64,000 nucleotides of DNA. It comes from Gekko japonicus. Taxonomy: Eukaryota. The position numbers and the translations under genes were made by a program. The notes beneath the pieces were generated by a model that made no database searches, was not told the DNA's origin, and saw only the letters and a program-made list of their open reading frames with translations. The stretch lies in NCBI RefSeq assembly GCF_001447785.1, contig NW_015167537.1, positions 572,016 through 636,015 on the forward strand, in the 5' to 3' direction. This document shows positions 11,938 through 25,187 of this stretch, in pieces. Within the stretch, counting starts at the first letter, position 1, and each line of letters starts with the position of its first letter.

Positions 11938-14406
11938 ATTAATGTAGATTATGAGCATGAAGCATTTGTTTAGGATTGGGCATTAGTTGTTTGAGTAAAT
12001 GTATGCTTTTGTTAGAATAAACAGGAATGCATATTATATTGCTTACATTTTATGTATCTGGTTTATAATCTTGATGGTGATCTTTTCAAACTGGAGTGGA
12101 TTGGCTGTTTACTTAAATGGGGAAACTCCCTGTGGACCACTGCCCTGGAAGGCTGCCTGTTCAGGTAGGCCATTCCTGCAATGCGAGCAAGTGGGTGGGT
12201 AGTGGGGAGGAGTATGACAAGGGTTCAGCTTCACCTCACTGGTCTGGCCCAGTGGGTTTGGTGAGGAGGTTTATGGCAGTGCCTCCTTGCCCCCTAGACA
12301 GCTGTTCTTGCCTCCATCAGGTGAGGGGGGAAATGGCAGCATGAGGAGGTTGGAGCCCTTTTCTGGGGCCATTTTGGCCTCCTAGTCTTCAGGACTGCTT
12401 TCTTCTTAAACTTTAGATATGAGAACATCTGTTTATCTTGCATGACTTCCCACTATATTGGTTTACATTAGAGGAAGCCCAGAACAGGAAAAAGTAATGA
12501 AAACCCCTTTCCGTTTCAATAGGCTAAAGTTTTGGGTCATCTTTGTCAGAATATCACGTAACACAATGAATATTCAAAGTATGATTTAAAGATACAGACT
12601 GATTGCTCAGAATGACTATTTATACAGATGTGTTACATAACTTAATTTCTATTCCTAAATTTCCCCAATTCCAGATGGCTCAGGCTAAATGGCAGTATTA
12701 CAGGAAGACAGATAACTCATCTCTGACCTGAGTATTCACAATAAAAGTCAATGAGGAAAAAGGATGGACCAAGAGCAGTAAACCCACACCCATAGTGTGT
12801 GGTTCTCTGAATATAAAATAAGTTATGTGTGTGGTCTAAGCCAGTCTCAAAACATGGATAAGCTCTTGATACATCTTAAAGTGCCAGGACTCTTTGATTT
12901 AGGTATAGAATTATGCTTTACTGGTTTAGCCCAAAGCAAACTCCTGTGTACCCAAATGGTTCTAGACATACCCAGGCAAATACCAGGCAACTTGCAACAG
13001 TACCACCTGTGAAGCACAGAAGTATTTTTAATTCTCAGTGTGTTTTTTAAAAGATCTTTTCCAAGGTAAAATGGCTATACAAATAAGTAAGTCTGTTTAC
13101 CTATTTAATAGGCATATATAAGAATTACTGAATAGGTGAGGAGATCAAATGGCCTTACATAAATTTGTGATGCCATTTGGCCTTGGAAAACACTGCTGTT
13201 CCAAATGCCCTCAGAGTTAAAGACGCTTCTTAGCATACAATGCTGACAATGCTGCAGTGCTTTCTGTACCCAGATAGGTCCCAGCTTAAGGATTCGCCTG
13301 TGACATCTGCAGTTTTCATGTAACTGCAAATACTGTTGTAGTGGCAGTACTTGAAGGACAGCATGGTGTAAAATAAGATATAGGGCTAAAACTGAATTAG
13401 ATGCAAAAGTTTCATTTGAATAGAGATCTAAAAGAGGAAATGGAGAATGAATGAACAGACAGAAACTTGCTAGATGCTTCCATTAGTATTTTGGAATATA
13501 GAAATATCTCCCCATCAAGGATTCCACTCATGGAAAGGTAGGACCTTCATGCAATAATGCTGCTCAGCAGGAAGGTAGTAAAAGTAGCCAAATGTCCAAG
13601 TGTAAACCTAGTTTAAGCTTTAGCTTAGTCTACTCATTGTTTCCCCTGGAGCCCAGAAGCTGCATGGTAAATACCTTGTCACCTTCTCATTTGGCTTTTG
13701 TAGCCATACTAAAGAGTAATGTGTTAGCTTTTCAGTTCAGCCTATAAATGTGAAAGTCAAACTGAGGTCAGATTTAGAGGAAATAGTGTGCTACACTAAA
13801 TCAACATGACAAAGGATCGAATGAAGCCTTTCCCATTTTTTGGAAATGCACTGAAACTGAAAGATCCTTTATCTATATAGATGGTAAAGTTTCAACGAAA
13901 TACAGAGTCATTTGACTTTCTCCCTCATTGGAGGTATTGGAAAAACGGCCTTCAAATCCTCTCTCAGCCACCCAGCCATTATATTATTGTGTTGCTCCTT
14001 CAGTGATAAGAGAGATTTGCCAAGATTCATGATTCACTGAAGGCTGATCTGCTGAACTTGTGAGATAGCAGGTTCATTACAAGATGGAATTGACTTGTCA
14101 TGAATTACACTGGAGCTGTTTATCTAAACATTTCCAGTTTACATTCTAATATACAAGAAGCATAAAACAAAATTAGGTCTTCACCGGAGATATTGCTTAC
14201 TGATGTTTTAAAACAATGCAAAGCAATATATTAATGAGTGTGCGAATGGTCCAGTCTCATGTGTGGCATTTTAGGCCACAAATTCCTTCCATAGTCAACA
14301 ATGGATTTCTAATTAGCATTTCTTACTGCTCCTTTTTTGCACTGCTGGGATTTAGGGGATCAGGTCAATATGGGCCAGGATTCTGTGGGAGAACTGATTC
14401 AGACAT

Positions 14407-14759
14407 AAAGGTAAAGGTAAAGGTTCCCTTGCTCGAAAGCCAGTCGAATCCGACTCTAGGGATGCGGTGCTCATCTCCGTTTCAAAGCCGAAGAGCCAGC
14501 GCTGTCCGAAGACGTTTCCGTGGTCATGTGGCCGGCATGACTAAACATCAAGGCGCACGGAACGCTGTTACCTTCCCACCAAAGTGGTACCTATTTATCT
14601 ACTTGCAATTTCTTGCTTTCGAACTGCTAGGTTGGCAGGAGCTGGAACTGGAGATAGGAGCTCACCCCGTCTTGTGGCACCCGGGTCTTGAACTGCTGAA
14701 CTACTGACCTTCCACAGCCTGCAGTTCAGCGTCTTAACCACTTGAGCCACCACAGCTCC
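14407..14759 (-). mobile_element. Sauria SINE
   Basis: (ACCTTT)n tail seen as AAAGGTAAAGGTAAAGGT; tRNA-like head GGAGCTGTGGTGGCTCAAGTGGTTAAG on minus strand; highly similar to 49102-49450. Confidence 0.92.
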
Positions 14760-15442
14760 ATAGAAATGTGTAAAAGAATTCTGAAGAAAAGTGCTTTTCT
14801 TTTTTCTGAGGGGCTTTTTTCACACATTATGGATTTCCTGTGGCCAAAGTGTACTTATTTAGGAAATTCATGTATGCATGTGTGAATATTTCTTGCTTGA
14901 CATCATCCTATGCTCAGGATGGCTTACAAAAACTGCACAATGATACACACATACACACACACTCAAGCTGATACTTGAAAACAAGTTCAATAATCAGTTT
15001 ACAACAGCAGAAACCCAAGCAAACGATAAATTGGCATTTCACATTAAAGGCCACACAGTTAAATTTTACACAGTTTATGAAGACTAAAAAAGTGGTCACT
15101 AGTGCAATGAAAGTCCAGGTTCCAAGTATGAAAGTCACAATGGAAAAGGTCCTGATCTCAATGATCTTCTTGGAGATTCAAAACAGCGTCCTCCAATCTG
15201 ATCCAAATCACAAGGAAATGTACTGAGAGAGAGACTGTGAACTGTCATGTGCGCCAGTGTGGGGAGAGTGAAAGGGGCCGGTCATATCATGTAACAGTGG
15301 CACACATTTGCATGTTATGGGAAACCATGGCTGATTGCATGTGAAGAGAGGTTTCTGAAAGTGTCTTCCTAGACGGAGTTATACCCTTCCAAGACTTCAG
15401 TGGACATAGAAGAGTCTAACTGCTTAGGAGGACACTGTCAGT

Positions 15443-15446
<4 letters not shown>

Positions 15447-15534
<88 letters not shown>
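15447..15534. repeat. Compound microsatellite (CT)n(CA)n
   Basis: Read directly from the sequence. Confidence 0.97.
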
Positions 15535-15537
<3 letters not shown>

Positions 15538-15641
15538 GATACATGACTATCACAGTTACAGAGTATAGCTAGGAAGTTGTTGGAATTAACTGAGGCCATT
15601 GCCCTACCAGGAGCTGTACAAATTAGTTTGAAATTCTAATA

Positions 15642-15728
15642 GTGTGATCCTAAGCAGAGTTGTACCTTCCTACATCTGGGATGTAGGAATGGGATTAGAA
15701 GGGCATAACTCTGCTAAGGATGGCACTG
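15642..15728. repeat. Short ancient palindromic (MITE-like) repeat
   Basis: ATCCTAAGCAGAGTT...AACTCTGCTAAGGAT inverted arms; related copy near 62130-62210. Confidence 0.6.
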
Positions 15729-15934
15729 TAAAAACCCGAAGCTATACTTGATGGATCGGTATGCTGAAAATAACAGCTTAGGGCTTAAACAGATGAGATA
15801 TTTAAAGTAGTCAGAAAACCTGTCCTGGGAGAGGTGAGGGGACATTCCTGTCCCAAATATCAAAAGTGTGTTCAGACTTCAGGACACTTATTGTCCAGAG
15901 ATATCTTCAGTGAATATGAAGATTGTTTTGGACA

Positions 15935-16199
15935 GGGACCTCAATGGAGTACAAATCCATAGAGTTCCCCCTCGGAAGCATCCATTTCTTCTAGAGGACC
16001 TGATCTCTGTGGTCTGGAGATGAGCTGTAGTTCTGGAGGATCTCCGGATCCCACCTGGAGGCTCGCATCCCTACCTGCCTCTGTATAGTGACTGTGGACA
16101 TCCTTGGTGGTCTCCTATCCAAGTACTATCCAGGACCAACCCTGCATAGCTTGTGAGATCTGGTGAGATTGGGATAAACATATCGCTGGAGCCCAGGGA
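15935..16199 (-). mobile_element. Partial hAT MITE (TAGGGTTGCCA family) abutting a 5S-derived SINE head
   Basis: 15935-16073 is the reverse complement of the MITE at 45778; 16071-16199 resembles the 5S-derived SINE at 22499-22709. Confidence 0.65.
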
Positions 16200-17819
16200 C
16201 AGTAACTTTGGTACAATTAAGAGTGAAAAAACCCTGCAGATACAGGTGTCTAAGCATTCTCCTTCCCCTCCCCACACAAAATTGCAGCCTTCCCAGGCTG
16301 CTATTCTTAACAAAACTTTAGCCACCATAATGTGCATTTATGTGTAATGTGTAGTTTGCCCCTCTGGTTTTATGTTTTTTTAATCATTTAGAATTAGTAG
16401 GATTTGCAATTCCAAACAAAAATGAGTGTGGTTTGTATATACTATCGGTTCTGCTTTATTCTCATTCTCTGTTCTGCTTGCCCCTGTTGTACTATAATAG
16501 TCAATAAACTATGCATGTAATGAAGTGATGTTACTTGCAAATGGATTTCATTATACAGTTTTACAAAGCAAAAAAATGGTCATTGGCAGAGAATGGTTTG
16601 AATTAAGACATACTGAGAAGTACAGTGACACATGGATATGCACGGGAAGTATGCAATGAATCAAGAAATAGTCACAACCAATTGCCTTATGCCCTTATCT
16701 AAAGCAGTTAATTCCACATTTTAGAATGTATTATTCTTCAGTATATAGACAAGTTACTGCTATAAGGATGTTGAAGCCCTGAAGCCATGTTCAGTTGCTC
16801 TGCCCAACTGAGCTGAAAATATCTTCCTCTTCAGAATTTAAAGCTGAAGAGATGTGATCTGAAAGGAAATTAGTTCATATTTCATTGCTGTATCAACCAT
16901 ATCCAGAATAACTATATATTGTAAATATTTGGTAGCAAGCAATGCAACAGAAGCATGGTTTGAATATAAGGGAGACCTGGGTTCAAACTCCCATTCAGCA
17001 ATGAAATGGTTCATCTTGTGCCAATCACTTTAAGTGTGACCCAAGCTAACAGGTTTTAGCATAAGCGGAGGAAGGGTACCTTGCATACTACCATCTTGGA
17101 CAAAGGCAAGATACAAATTAAATAAATGAGCACATTTTTTTTACTGTATAAATCAGGAATAAGTGCTGTTGAACATGTAGAACGGCAAACGAAATTTTAA
17201 GATATGATGATTTCAGAAAGTAGCTGTGTGGATTTACAGTAGAACAGCTAGAATGGAGTCCAAGAAAATTTTGGGGCTATAAGCTTTTGATAGTCAAAGC
17301 TCCCTTCGATTCTAAGATACGATGGTCAGCTTGAGCTCTATTTAATATATATTGTCATAAAACATATGTCTTTTTCATTATTTATTTGCAACTTTTTGTG
17401 GAGTATTGAGATAACCACAAACCTTACTGCAGCTCCTCACAAAGCTTTCTGTACAATGCCTGTAATCATGTGGTGAGGTAGCAATTAGCATCTTCCAACT
17501 TCACAGGTAAGTCCAGCAGTAATACCTTATTACTTCCTTCAGTTTGTGAATAACTGCAGAGGGAGAGGAGTGCTGGACATGACAACCATTTCCCCCCATG
17601 ATTATAGGCACTGCATGGTGAACTTCTTGTAGGGCTACCAAATACACCACTGACTTTTAACTTTGTATGAGGCTCTCATTTTGAGGTGATCTTTTATTGT
17701 GTGCAAGCACAATGTCCAAGATTAGAAACAGTGATATTTGTACCTTCTGGGCCACCTTGTACAAGTGAAGAGTTCAAAGCAGTCTTGCAAACAGACTTGG
17801 CCAACTTGGAATATGTATG

Positions 17820-17975
17820 CATGTGTTAAGTGCTGTCAAGTTACTTCTGGCTTATGGTGACCCTGTGAATTAATGGCCTCCAAGACATCCTGTCATTAAC
17901 AGCCTTGCTCAGGTCTTGCAAAATGGGGGCCACGGCTTCCTTGATTGAGTCAATCCATCTCATGTTGGGCCTTCC
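17820..17975 (-). mobile_element. 3' end of a second RTE-clade LINE
   Basis: Minus strand encodes GRPNMRWIDSIKEA and ends CACCATAAGCCAGAAGTAACTTGACAGCACTTAACACA. Confidence 0.75.
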
Positions 17976-18208
17976 TGAGCACAAAACTTGTAGGTGTGCT
18001 TAGATGTCTCCCCCCTCTGCATAATTGTTCAGTTGCTACATACGAAGGGCTCTGCTACATCAGGCCTGTGTTCTATTTAGTCCACTATCATATTTTTCGA
18101 GCAGCCAGCAAGATGCTCTCAGAAGGCATCAGTCAAACATAAAGGCCCCTGTGATATTCAGAGGCCCATTGCCTCTGAACCATTTAGCCACTGAGTAACC
18201 TGTTCTCT

Positions 18209-19940
18209 CTTCCTCATGGATCACTGCCTTGACGTGGTGAGGGGGCTTGCATGGTTCGATGAGGCTGTGGGCTATGCCATGGAGGGCCACCCAGGACAGA
18301 CAGGCCACAGCAGAGAACTCAGACCAAGTGTGATCCACTGGAGAAAGAAATGGCAACCCACTCCAGTATCTTTGCCAAGAAAACCCCATGGACAGTAACA
18401 AAAGGCTAAAAGATAAGACGCTGGAAGATGAGCCCCTCAGGTCGGAAGGTGTTCAGTATGCTACTGTGGAAGAGCAGAGGGCAAGTACCCCAGAAAGAGT
18501 GAAGCGGCTGGGCCAAAGCTGAAAGGATGCTCAGACTGTGGCTCAGATCATGACCTACTCATTGAAAAAATCAGACTTAAACTGAAGAAAGCTGAGGAAA
18601 CCACTAGACCATTCAGGTTTGACCTAAATCACATCCCTGATGAATATACAGTGGAGGTGAAGAATCGGTTTAAGGGACTAGATTTGATAGATAGAGTGCC
18701 TGAAGAACTATGGACGGAGGTTCGTGACATTGTACAGGAGGCAGCAATCAGCACCATCCCAAAGAAACAGAAATGCAAAGTGGCTGTCTGGTGAGGTTTT
18801 ACAAATAGCAGAGGAAAGAAGGAAAGTGAAAGGCAAAGGTGAAAAGGAAAGATTTACCCAACTGAATGCAGATTTTCAGAGAACAGCAAGTAGAGATAAG
18901 GAGGCTTTCCTGAATGAACAATGCAAAGTAATAGAGGAAAACAATGGAATGGGAAGGACTAGAGATCTCTTCAAGAAAATTGGAGAAATCAAGGGAACGT
19001 TCTGTGCAAATCTGGCCATGATAAAGGACAAAAATGGTAGAGACCTATCAGAAGCAGAAGAAATTAGGAAAAGATGGCAAAAATACACAGAAGAACTATA
19101 CAAGAAGGACCTCAATATCCTTGACAACCACAACAGTGTAATTAATCACTGTCCTCGAACCAGACATTCTGGAATGCGAAGTCAAATGGGCCTTAGCATT
19201 ACCCAACAACAAAGCTAACGGAGGTGATGGTATCCCAGCAGAGCTATTCAAAGTCTTAAAAGATGATGTTGTTAAAGTGCTGCACTCAATTTGCCAACAA
19301 ATTTGAAAAAAGCAACAGTGGCCGCAGGATTGGAAAAGGTCAGTTTACATTCTAATCCCAAAAGGACAATGCCAAGGAATGTTCAAACTATCGCACAATT
19401 GCACTCATTTCACAGGCTTTCAAGGTCATGCTCAAGACCCTACAAGCTAGGCTTCAGCAGTACGTGGATAGAGAACTGCCAGAAGTACAAGCTGGGTTTC
19501 AAAGAGGTAGAGGAACTAGAGATAAAATTGCCAACATTGGCTGGATTATGGAGAAAGCAAGGGAGTACTAGAAAAACATCTACTTCTGCTTCATTGACTA
19601 CACTAAAGCCTTTGATTCTGTGGATCACAACAAACTATGGCAATTCCTAAAAGAAATCAGGCTTGACTGTTCCCTGGAAGGCCAGATATTGAAGCTGAAG
19701 CTCAAATACTTCGGCCACCAAATGAGAAGGTAGCACTCACTGGAGACGACCCTGATGCTGGGAAAGATTGAAGGTCAAAGAAGGGGACGGCAAAGGATGA
19801 GATGGTTAGACAGCATTATCGATACAACAAACATGAAATTAAGCAAACTTCAGAGCATGACGGAAGACAGGAGGGCCTGGCGTGATGTGGTCCATGGGGT
19901 TGCAAAGAGTCGGACTCAACTGTGCGACTGAACAACAAAA
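18209..19940 (+). mobile_element. BovB (RTE clade) LINE with both ends, internal deletions and 12-bp TSD
   Basis: BovB 5' end, ORF fragment AKWLSGEVLQIAEERRKVKGKGEKERFTQLNADFQR...IRKRWQKYTEELYKKD, tail CTGAACAACAA; TSD AACCTGTTCTCT at 18197-18208 and 19941-19952. Confidence 0.94.
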
Positions 19941-19954
19941 AACCTGTTCTCTAC

Positions 19955-20170
19955 AGAATGGTCTAATCTCATTTCTAAGCCATCTAAAGTAGTTGCCATT
20001 GCTACATCCTGCGGCAGCAAGTTCTTCAAGTTAATTAGGGACTGTATGCAGAAATTCTTCTGTCTATCTTGGATCTGCTGCCTATCAACTTCATTGATTA
20101 CCCTATGAATTCTAGTGTTATGACAGAGGGAGAAGGGTTTTTTATCTATTTTTGCCACATTATTCACATG
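19955..20170 (-). mobile_element. Old CR1 LINE 3' ORF2 fragment
   Basis: Minus-strand translation FSLCHNTRI...LINLKNLLPQDVAMATTLDGLEMRLD resembles the CR1 ORF2 C-terminus. Confidence 0.7.
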
Positions 20171-20594
20171 CAACAGTGATTTTTTTAAAAAAAACCCATC
20201 TATTTTCCCGTATCAAGGCTGCTTGTTTATGCAAGCTGAGTGTGTGTAGGTTCTGCTGTGATGCCAGAAAGAGAATATCAGATGCAAATAGCAGTGGGGT
20301 TTAAAATCATCTTGCTTATGTTTGCATCAGAAGGATATGAAAATACCTTGTCTTCTGTACAATTATGTAATGACTGCAGGAAAATGGAGTGGTACAAGGT
20401 CATATCTCAATTAGAAAAACCCAAAAATAGTTTGTAAGCCTCTAGATTTATATCAAAATGGATAATGATTAACTATGGTTAATGATTAATTCAATAATTA
20501 ATTATGCTTTAATAATTAAACATATTTGAAGTTAGCTAATATACACATTGCTTGTTTACAAAACTCTGTGAATCTAAAAATTAAGAACCATTAT

Positions 20595-20760
20595 NNNNNN
20601 NNNNNNNNNNNNNNNNNNNNNNNNNNNNNNNNNNNNNNNNNNNNNNNNNNNNNNNNNNNNNNNNNNNNNNNNNNNNNNNNNNNNNNNNNNNNNNNNNNNN
20701 NNNNNNNNNNNNNNNNNNNNNNNNNNNNNNNNNNNNNNNNNNNNNNNNNNNNNNNNNNNN
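20595..20760. other. Assembly gap
   Basis: Run of 166 N. Confidence 1.
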
Positions 20761-22498
20761 TTTGGTACTGAAGTTTGAAAGCTGCTTGATATAAGTTTTT
20801 GAGTTGCATTTCCTGAAACTTAATCGGAGGCTCTTGGGAATGACATGAAATAGGAAGAGCATGTGGATTTCAGAGTGCTTGAAAGTGTAGGAATACTACG
20901 GATGCATTATGTGCTGTTTTTAATAAAGGTGCTGAAAAAGCACAAATGGGCAATTCACACAAGAGCTCTGTTTCAATATTTGTATAACTTCTGCCTCCCA
21001 CAGCGTTCAGCATAAGAGCTTTTTTGTCTCGTGAATCAAAACCCACTCAAGGTTTTCAGCAGAGGCTCAGAGGAGAATCTCTCCTTGTTGGAACAGAAAT
21101 TCCCATTCGGTAATTGAATTCGTCAACATGATCGTGCTTCATGTGCTGGAGAAGAGAGCTCAATTTATGCACAGTAGTCAAAAGTGCAAGGAGAGTTCCA
21201 ACTTGGTTTTCTGTAGTAAATGCAAATGAGCCCTTGTTGAAATTCACCTGCAAGCTGGAAGGCTACAGTTTGACATCTCCCTATGTTTGGCTATAACTTA
21301 GTAAGAATCTACATGCTTGCTTGCAGGCACTTATTGAGTCCTGCAGTTTTTCTTGATATCAAAGTTACATCTCCCCCATTCCTAGGCTAAAGCCTTCCTG
21401 TTGTCAAAAACCAGCATTTCATTGATGGGACCATTTGTTGAGTTTCCTGCAAAGATGTTGACAGAAATATTGGCTTGTTGGGATAGCCTGGATATGGAAA
21501 CTGCCTTGTCAGATCACTGCCTTGGATTTCCAAGCCTGGAAGGAATTTTCCTCAGAGTGCCCAGCAGGGACCTTTTGAGTCAGCTAACATGATACCACAG
21601 AAAAGACCACCATAGATTTGTGTATGCTTTTGCATTTTGAACACACATTTAGGGGGAGGGGTTAATGTGATAAAAATATCTGTAGGATAATACTGTCATG
21701 AACTGTATTAATGAATTAGATATAGAGGAAGATGAAATATTTTAGTGGACTATTATTTTACTGTATGTGTTTGGATTTCTTACTCCACAATTGGGAAAAA
21801 TAGGACACAAATCTGGAAACCATTGAAATACAAATTACAATTAGTCCCAGGAAATTGAAAGCACAGTTAAGGCTCCACTTCTCCACTCCTAGATGCTTAA
21901 TCTCATCACCACAAGGCCTTAAAAACACAATCTTTCAGAAGATGCTTAGGCTCTGACTTGGGCAACTTTCCAAGAGGAAAGTCAATTACATAATTGTAGG
22001 TCAGCCACAGCTGTCTGCATCTCATTGTCCAGACATGAAGCAAGGGCACTGCAAGTTGATTGTTATGGGTCATATGGGACAAGGCAGTTTCTGTATTAAT
22101 CCAAGTTCTATAGAGATTTGTACATTAAGCCAATATTTTGCCAGCCCAAAGCCTAAGCTGCTAGTGGAAGTCTCCCTGGAAACATACATTGGGGCGGGGG
22201 CGGGGGGGGAGAAGCAGTTTTTTCAGTTGCTGGCATCTCTAAACCATTCTAAGAGTAAACCAATAAAGCCTGTAGTACCTTTTAGAATGGAATGTTCAAG
22301 CTTCTTCTGATCTGAGTCAGGTCCTTCTTGCCCGTTGTGAGCAAGGAGTGTTCACCAGGCGGTTCGGGTTACTCATGGGCAGATCGTCTGTTTTCCAGGT
22401 TGCTTTCCATATGTGCTTCCCATGCATGTGTGCATACAGTACGTATTAACCCCTGTTCATCATCACTGCAGATTGTTTAAATGAAGAATAAATATATT

Positions 22499-22709
22499 TT
22501 TGTTGTTGTCAAATTGCAGCTGACTTATGGCAGTCCTGTAGGGTTTTCAAGGCAAGAGACGAACAGAAGGGGATTGCTGTTGCTTGCCTCTGCCTGGTGA
22601 CCCTGGTATTCCTTGTTGGCCTGTAATACAAATACTGACCAGGGCTGACGTGGCTTAGCTTCTGAGATCTGATGAGATCAGACTACTCTGGACTATCCAG
22701 GTCAGGGCA
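22499..22709 (-). mobile_element. 5S rRNA-derived SINE with RTE-type tail
   Basis: Minus strand TGATCTCATCAGATCTCAGAAGCTAAGC...CCTGGTCAGTATTTG matches the 5S internal control region; tail GCCATAAGTCAGCTGCAATTTGAC(AAC)n. Confidence 0.8.
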
Positions 22710-23130
22710 TAGGTATAAAAACTGTAATTAAAAATGGTATTTCTAGGGAATTGTTAAAATGAAGAGTTTGTACCTAGCAGTAGCAATGGCATAGGACTGC
22801 CAGCAACCTAAAAGGGAAAATGTCCTGTCCTTTTAATAGAGGCTTATTTATCAGGTAATGTGATGTTTCTCAATTTACCTTTTAACAGAGGCTTCAGTAT
22901 ATGCAAAACAGAAATATTCAAGAGGGCATTTTTATAAAGAGATTAGAACTGTAGTATGATGGAACAGCTCAGAGGGACACTTTTTATAAGGGAACATATG
23001 GGGGCCTACAACTATAATGGGGGGGGGGAAATCCCTCTGCTCACTCTCCAGTTTGTAGAAATGTGTGTTTTGTGACTGCATGGCCCCAATCCACAGATAA
23101 GTATTCACAGATTGGACCATGTGACTATTA

Positions 23131-23268
23131 CCGTGTTTCCCCGAAAATAAGACACTGTCTTATATTTATTTTTTTCACAAGAAGACACACTAGGGCTTAT
23201 ACCACAAATGCATAGAAATCCTGCTAGGGTTTATTTTTGGGGTAGGTCTTATTTTCGGGGAAACAGGG
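23131..23268. mobile_element. Tc1/mariner-superfamily MITE (Tc2/pogo-like termini)
   Basis: TIRs CCGTGTTTCCCCGAAAATAAGAC / GTCTTATTTTCGGGGAAACAGG with TA on both sides. Confidence 0.85.
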
Positions 23269-24129
23269 TAGTTATACTGATAGAATTGTAGTCTTTTTAA
23301 GTGTTTATTGTATGTATCACTTTGCTTTTACTGCATTGTTTTCTAGCTTTGTAACCCACTTTTTTCTTCATGATATGCTCTCTATTTCTTAGTTTTTTGT
23401 TCACGTTGTTTTCTAATTCTGCAATCCTAGTCCTAGTGCATTGTTCATTGAAAGTTTTGCGCTGATTGTATTGCTTTTTATATTTTGAGATCTTGAGTCT
23501 CACTGAGAAAGGTGGGCTATAAATAAAGAAAATAAATAAATTTAAGCAGGAGACCTGTGATAACATTGGGGAGTTTCACATTCTTTGTCCTATCCCTTAC
23601 TGGGGCCTTCTACTTACCTGCCACCTGCCTGTCTGCAGCTCCACTGTCGTCAGCTTCTTGGCTCACATGGGTGTCTATGTGTGCAGTGTAATTGACTCCA
23701 GTGCCTCTAGATATCCCTTCCTCCTCCTTTTCTCCCTGCCTGTCCTCCTGCCTGCCTAACTCATGCTACATCCCCCCTTCTTCCGTTCTGTCTGCATACC
23801 TCCCTCCCTGCCTGATTCATGCAGTGGTGTTCTGGCTCCCTTTGCCCACCTGCTTTCCTACCCAGCTCAGGAAGTAGCAGCTCCTGCTCCCTCCTCCTCC
23901 ACCCGCTTCCAGGCTGTGGGGACGCTCCTATATATTGTTTGGTCAGGCAGAGACAGTGCTCTTCTGTTTGGGGGATTCAAAACCCCTCTGCCTTTCTCTC
24001 TCTCTCTCTCTATCTTTTTAACTTTTCACATTTTTCTACAAACCTGGAGCGGCCCCCAGGTCTACAGAAGAATACCCACTATCCGAACCTGGGCCCATTC
24101 TCTGGTTTTTCTATCCACATGGGGGCCAG

Positions 24130-25045
24130 GTTGAGAATTAGATACATGTGAGGACCCACAATACTCACAGGGGATCCCCTGCCCCCTTATTCTTCCCCAC
24201 CTGGTCACTGCTCACTGCAGCTCTCAGTCGTCGTCCCCCCCATTACCACCACCACTGTTGACACTTGGCCCAGCAAGGTTCCTAGCCTCTGCTCCTGGGC
24301 TTGCTGCAGCATCCCTTCCCTCCACTTTGTCACTGCTGCTGACCTTGGGCCTGGTGAGACTCCCAGCCTGTATTGCCAGGTCTGTTGTGGCTTCCCTTCC
24401 TCCTACTTCACTGCCGCCGCCGCTGACCAGTGTTCCCTCTAAGCTGAGTTAGTGTGAGCTAGCTCACCGTTTTTTAGCCTCCGACTCACCGATTTTTGCC
24501 TTCGCTCAGGAAGGATGGGCTCCAGAGCGAACTAATTTATGCAGTGGCCAAATCGCTAGCTCACAACTTTCATGCCAGTTGCTCACAAAGTAGAATTTTT
24601 GCTCATGAGACTCCCCAGCTTAGAGGGGACATTGCCGCTGACCCTGGGCTCCCAACCTCAGCTGCCAGGCCCATGGTGGCTTCCCTTCCCCCTGCTTTGC
24701 TGCCACTGCTGACCCTGGGTGTGGCAAGGCTCCTAGCCTCTGCTGCTGGGGGCCCACTGTGGTTTCCTTCCCCCACATTGCAGCTCTCATCCCCAGGCCT
24801 TTCCAGGCTCCCAGCTGCCACTGCCAAAGAGATGGTAAGTTTTTACATTGCACATGCGAGGCAACACTTTTGGCAGTTTTGGGAGGAGGGATTTACGTCC
24901 CCCAAAGTAATTTTTAAGGATTTCAGGGTGGTGTGGGGGAGTCCCCCAGTTTTAGAGAAGTATCTGTTTTCTTTCTGTGTGGCCCTGATCCATGGCTTTA
25001 GATAACCGCAGGTGGGGGTCACATGTGGCTATTAGATATATAGAT
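24130..25045 (+). repeat. Second copy of the unclassified repeat ending ATTAGATATATAGAT, interrupted by a hAT MITE
   Basis: Similarity to 11085-11640 at both ends; degenerate internal C-rich repeats. Confidence 0.5.
24428..24634 (+). mobile_element. hAT MITE (CAGTGTTCCCTCTAAGCTG family)
   Basis: TIR pair and 8-bp TSD CCGCTGAC (24420-24427, 24635-24642). Confidence 0.9.
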
Positions 25046-25187
25046 TCTAGAAGGCAAGTATGCCTCACTTTTTATCTCATCCAGTCTTATCCAGCAGAAA
25101 TTACTCAATCAGTCGTTGCCTCAGCCCTTTTCTGTGCAACACTGGGTTACTATTTTCTTGCCTCACAGGAGAGTTAATTCATTAGCT

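Noticed and set aside
14216-14707. 163-aa ORF (and similar ORFs at 24496-25005, 32824-33297, 42042-42392)
   Set aside because: They run through SINE/MITE/LINE sequence with no protein-like signature beyond the TE fragments
22499-22709. 5S rRNA gene
   Set aside because: Diverged 5S-like head fused to an RTE-type tail; a SINE, not an rRNA gene
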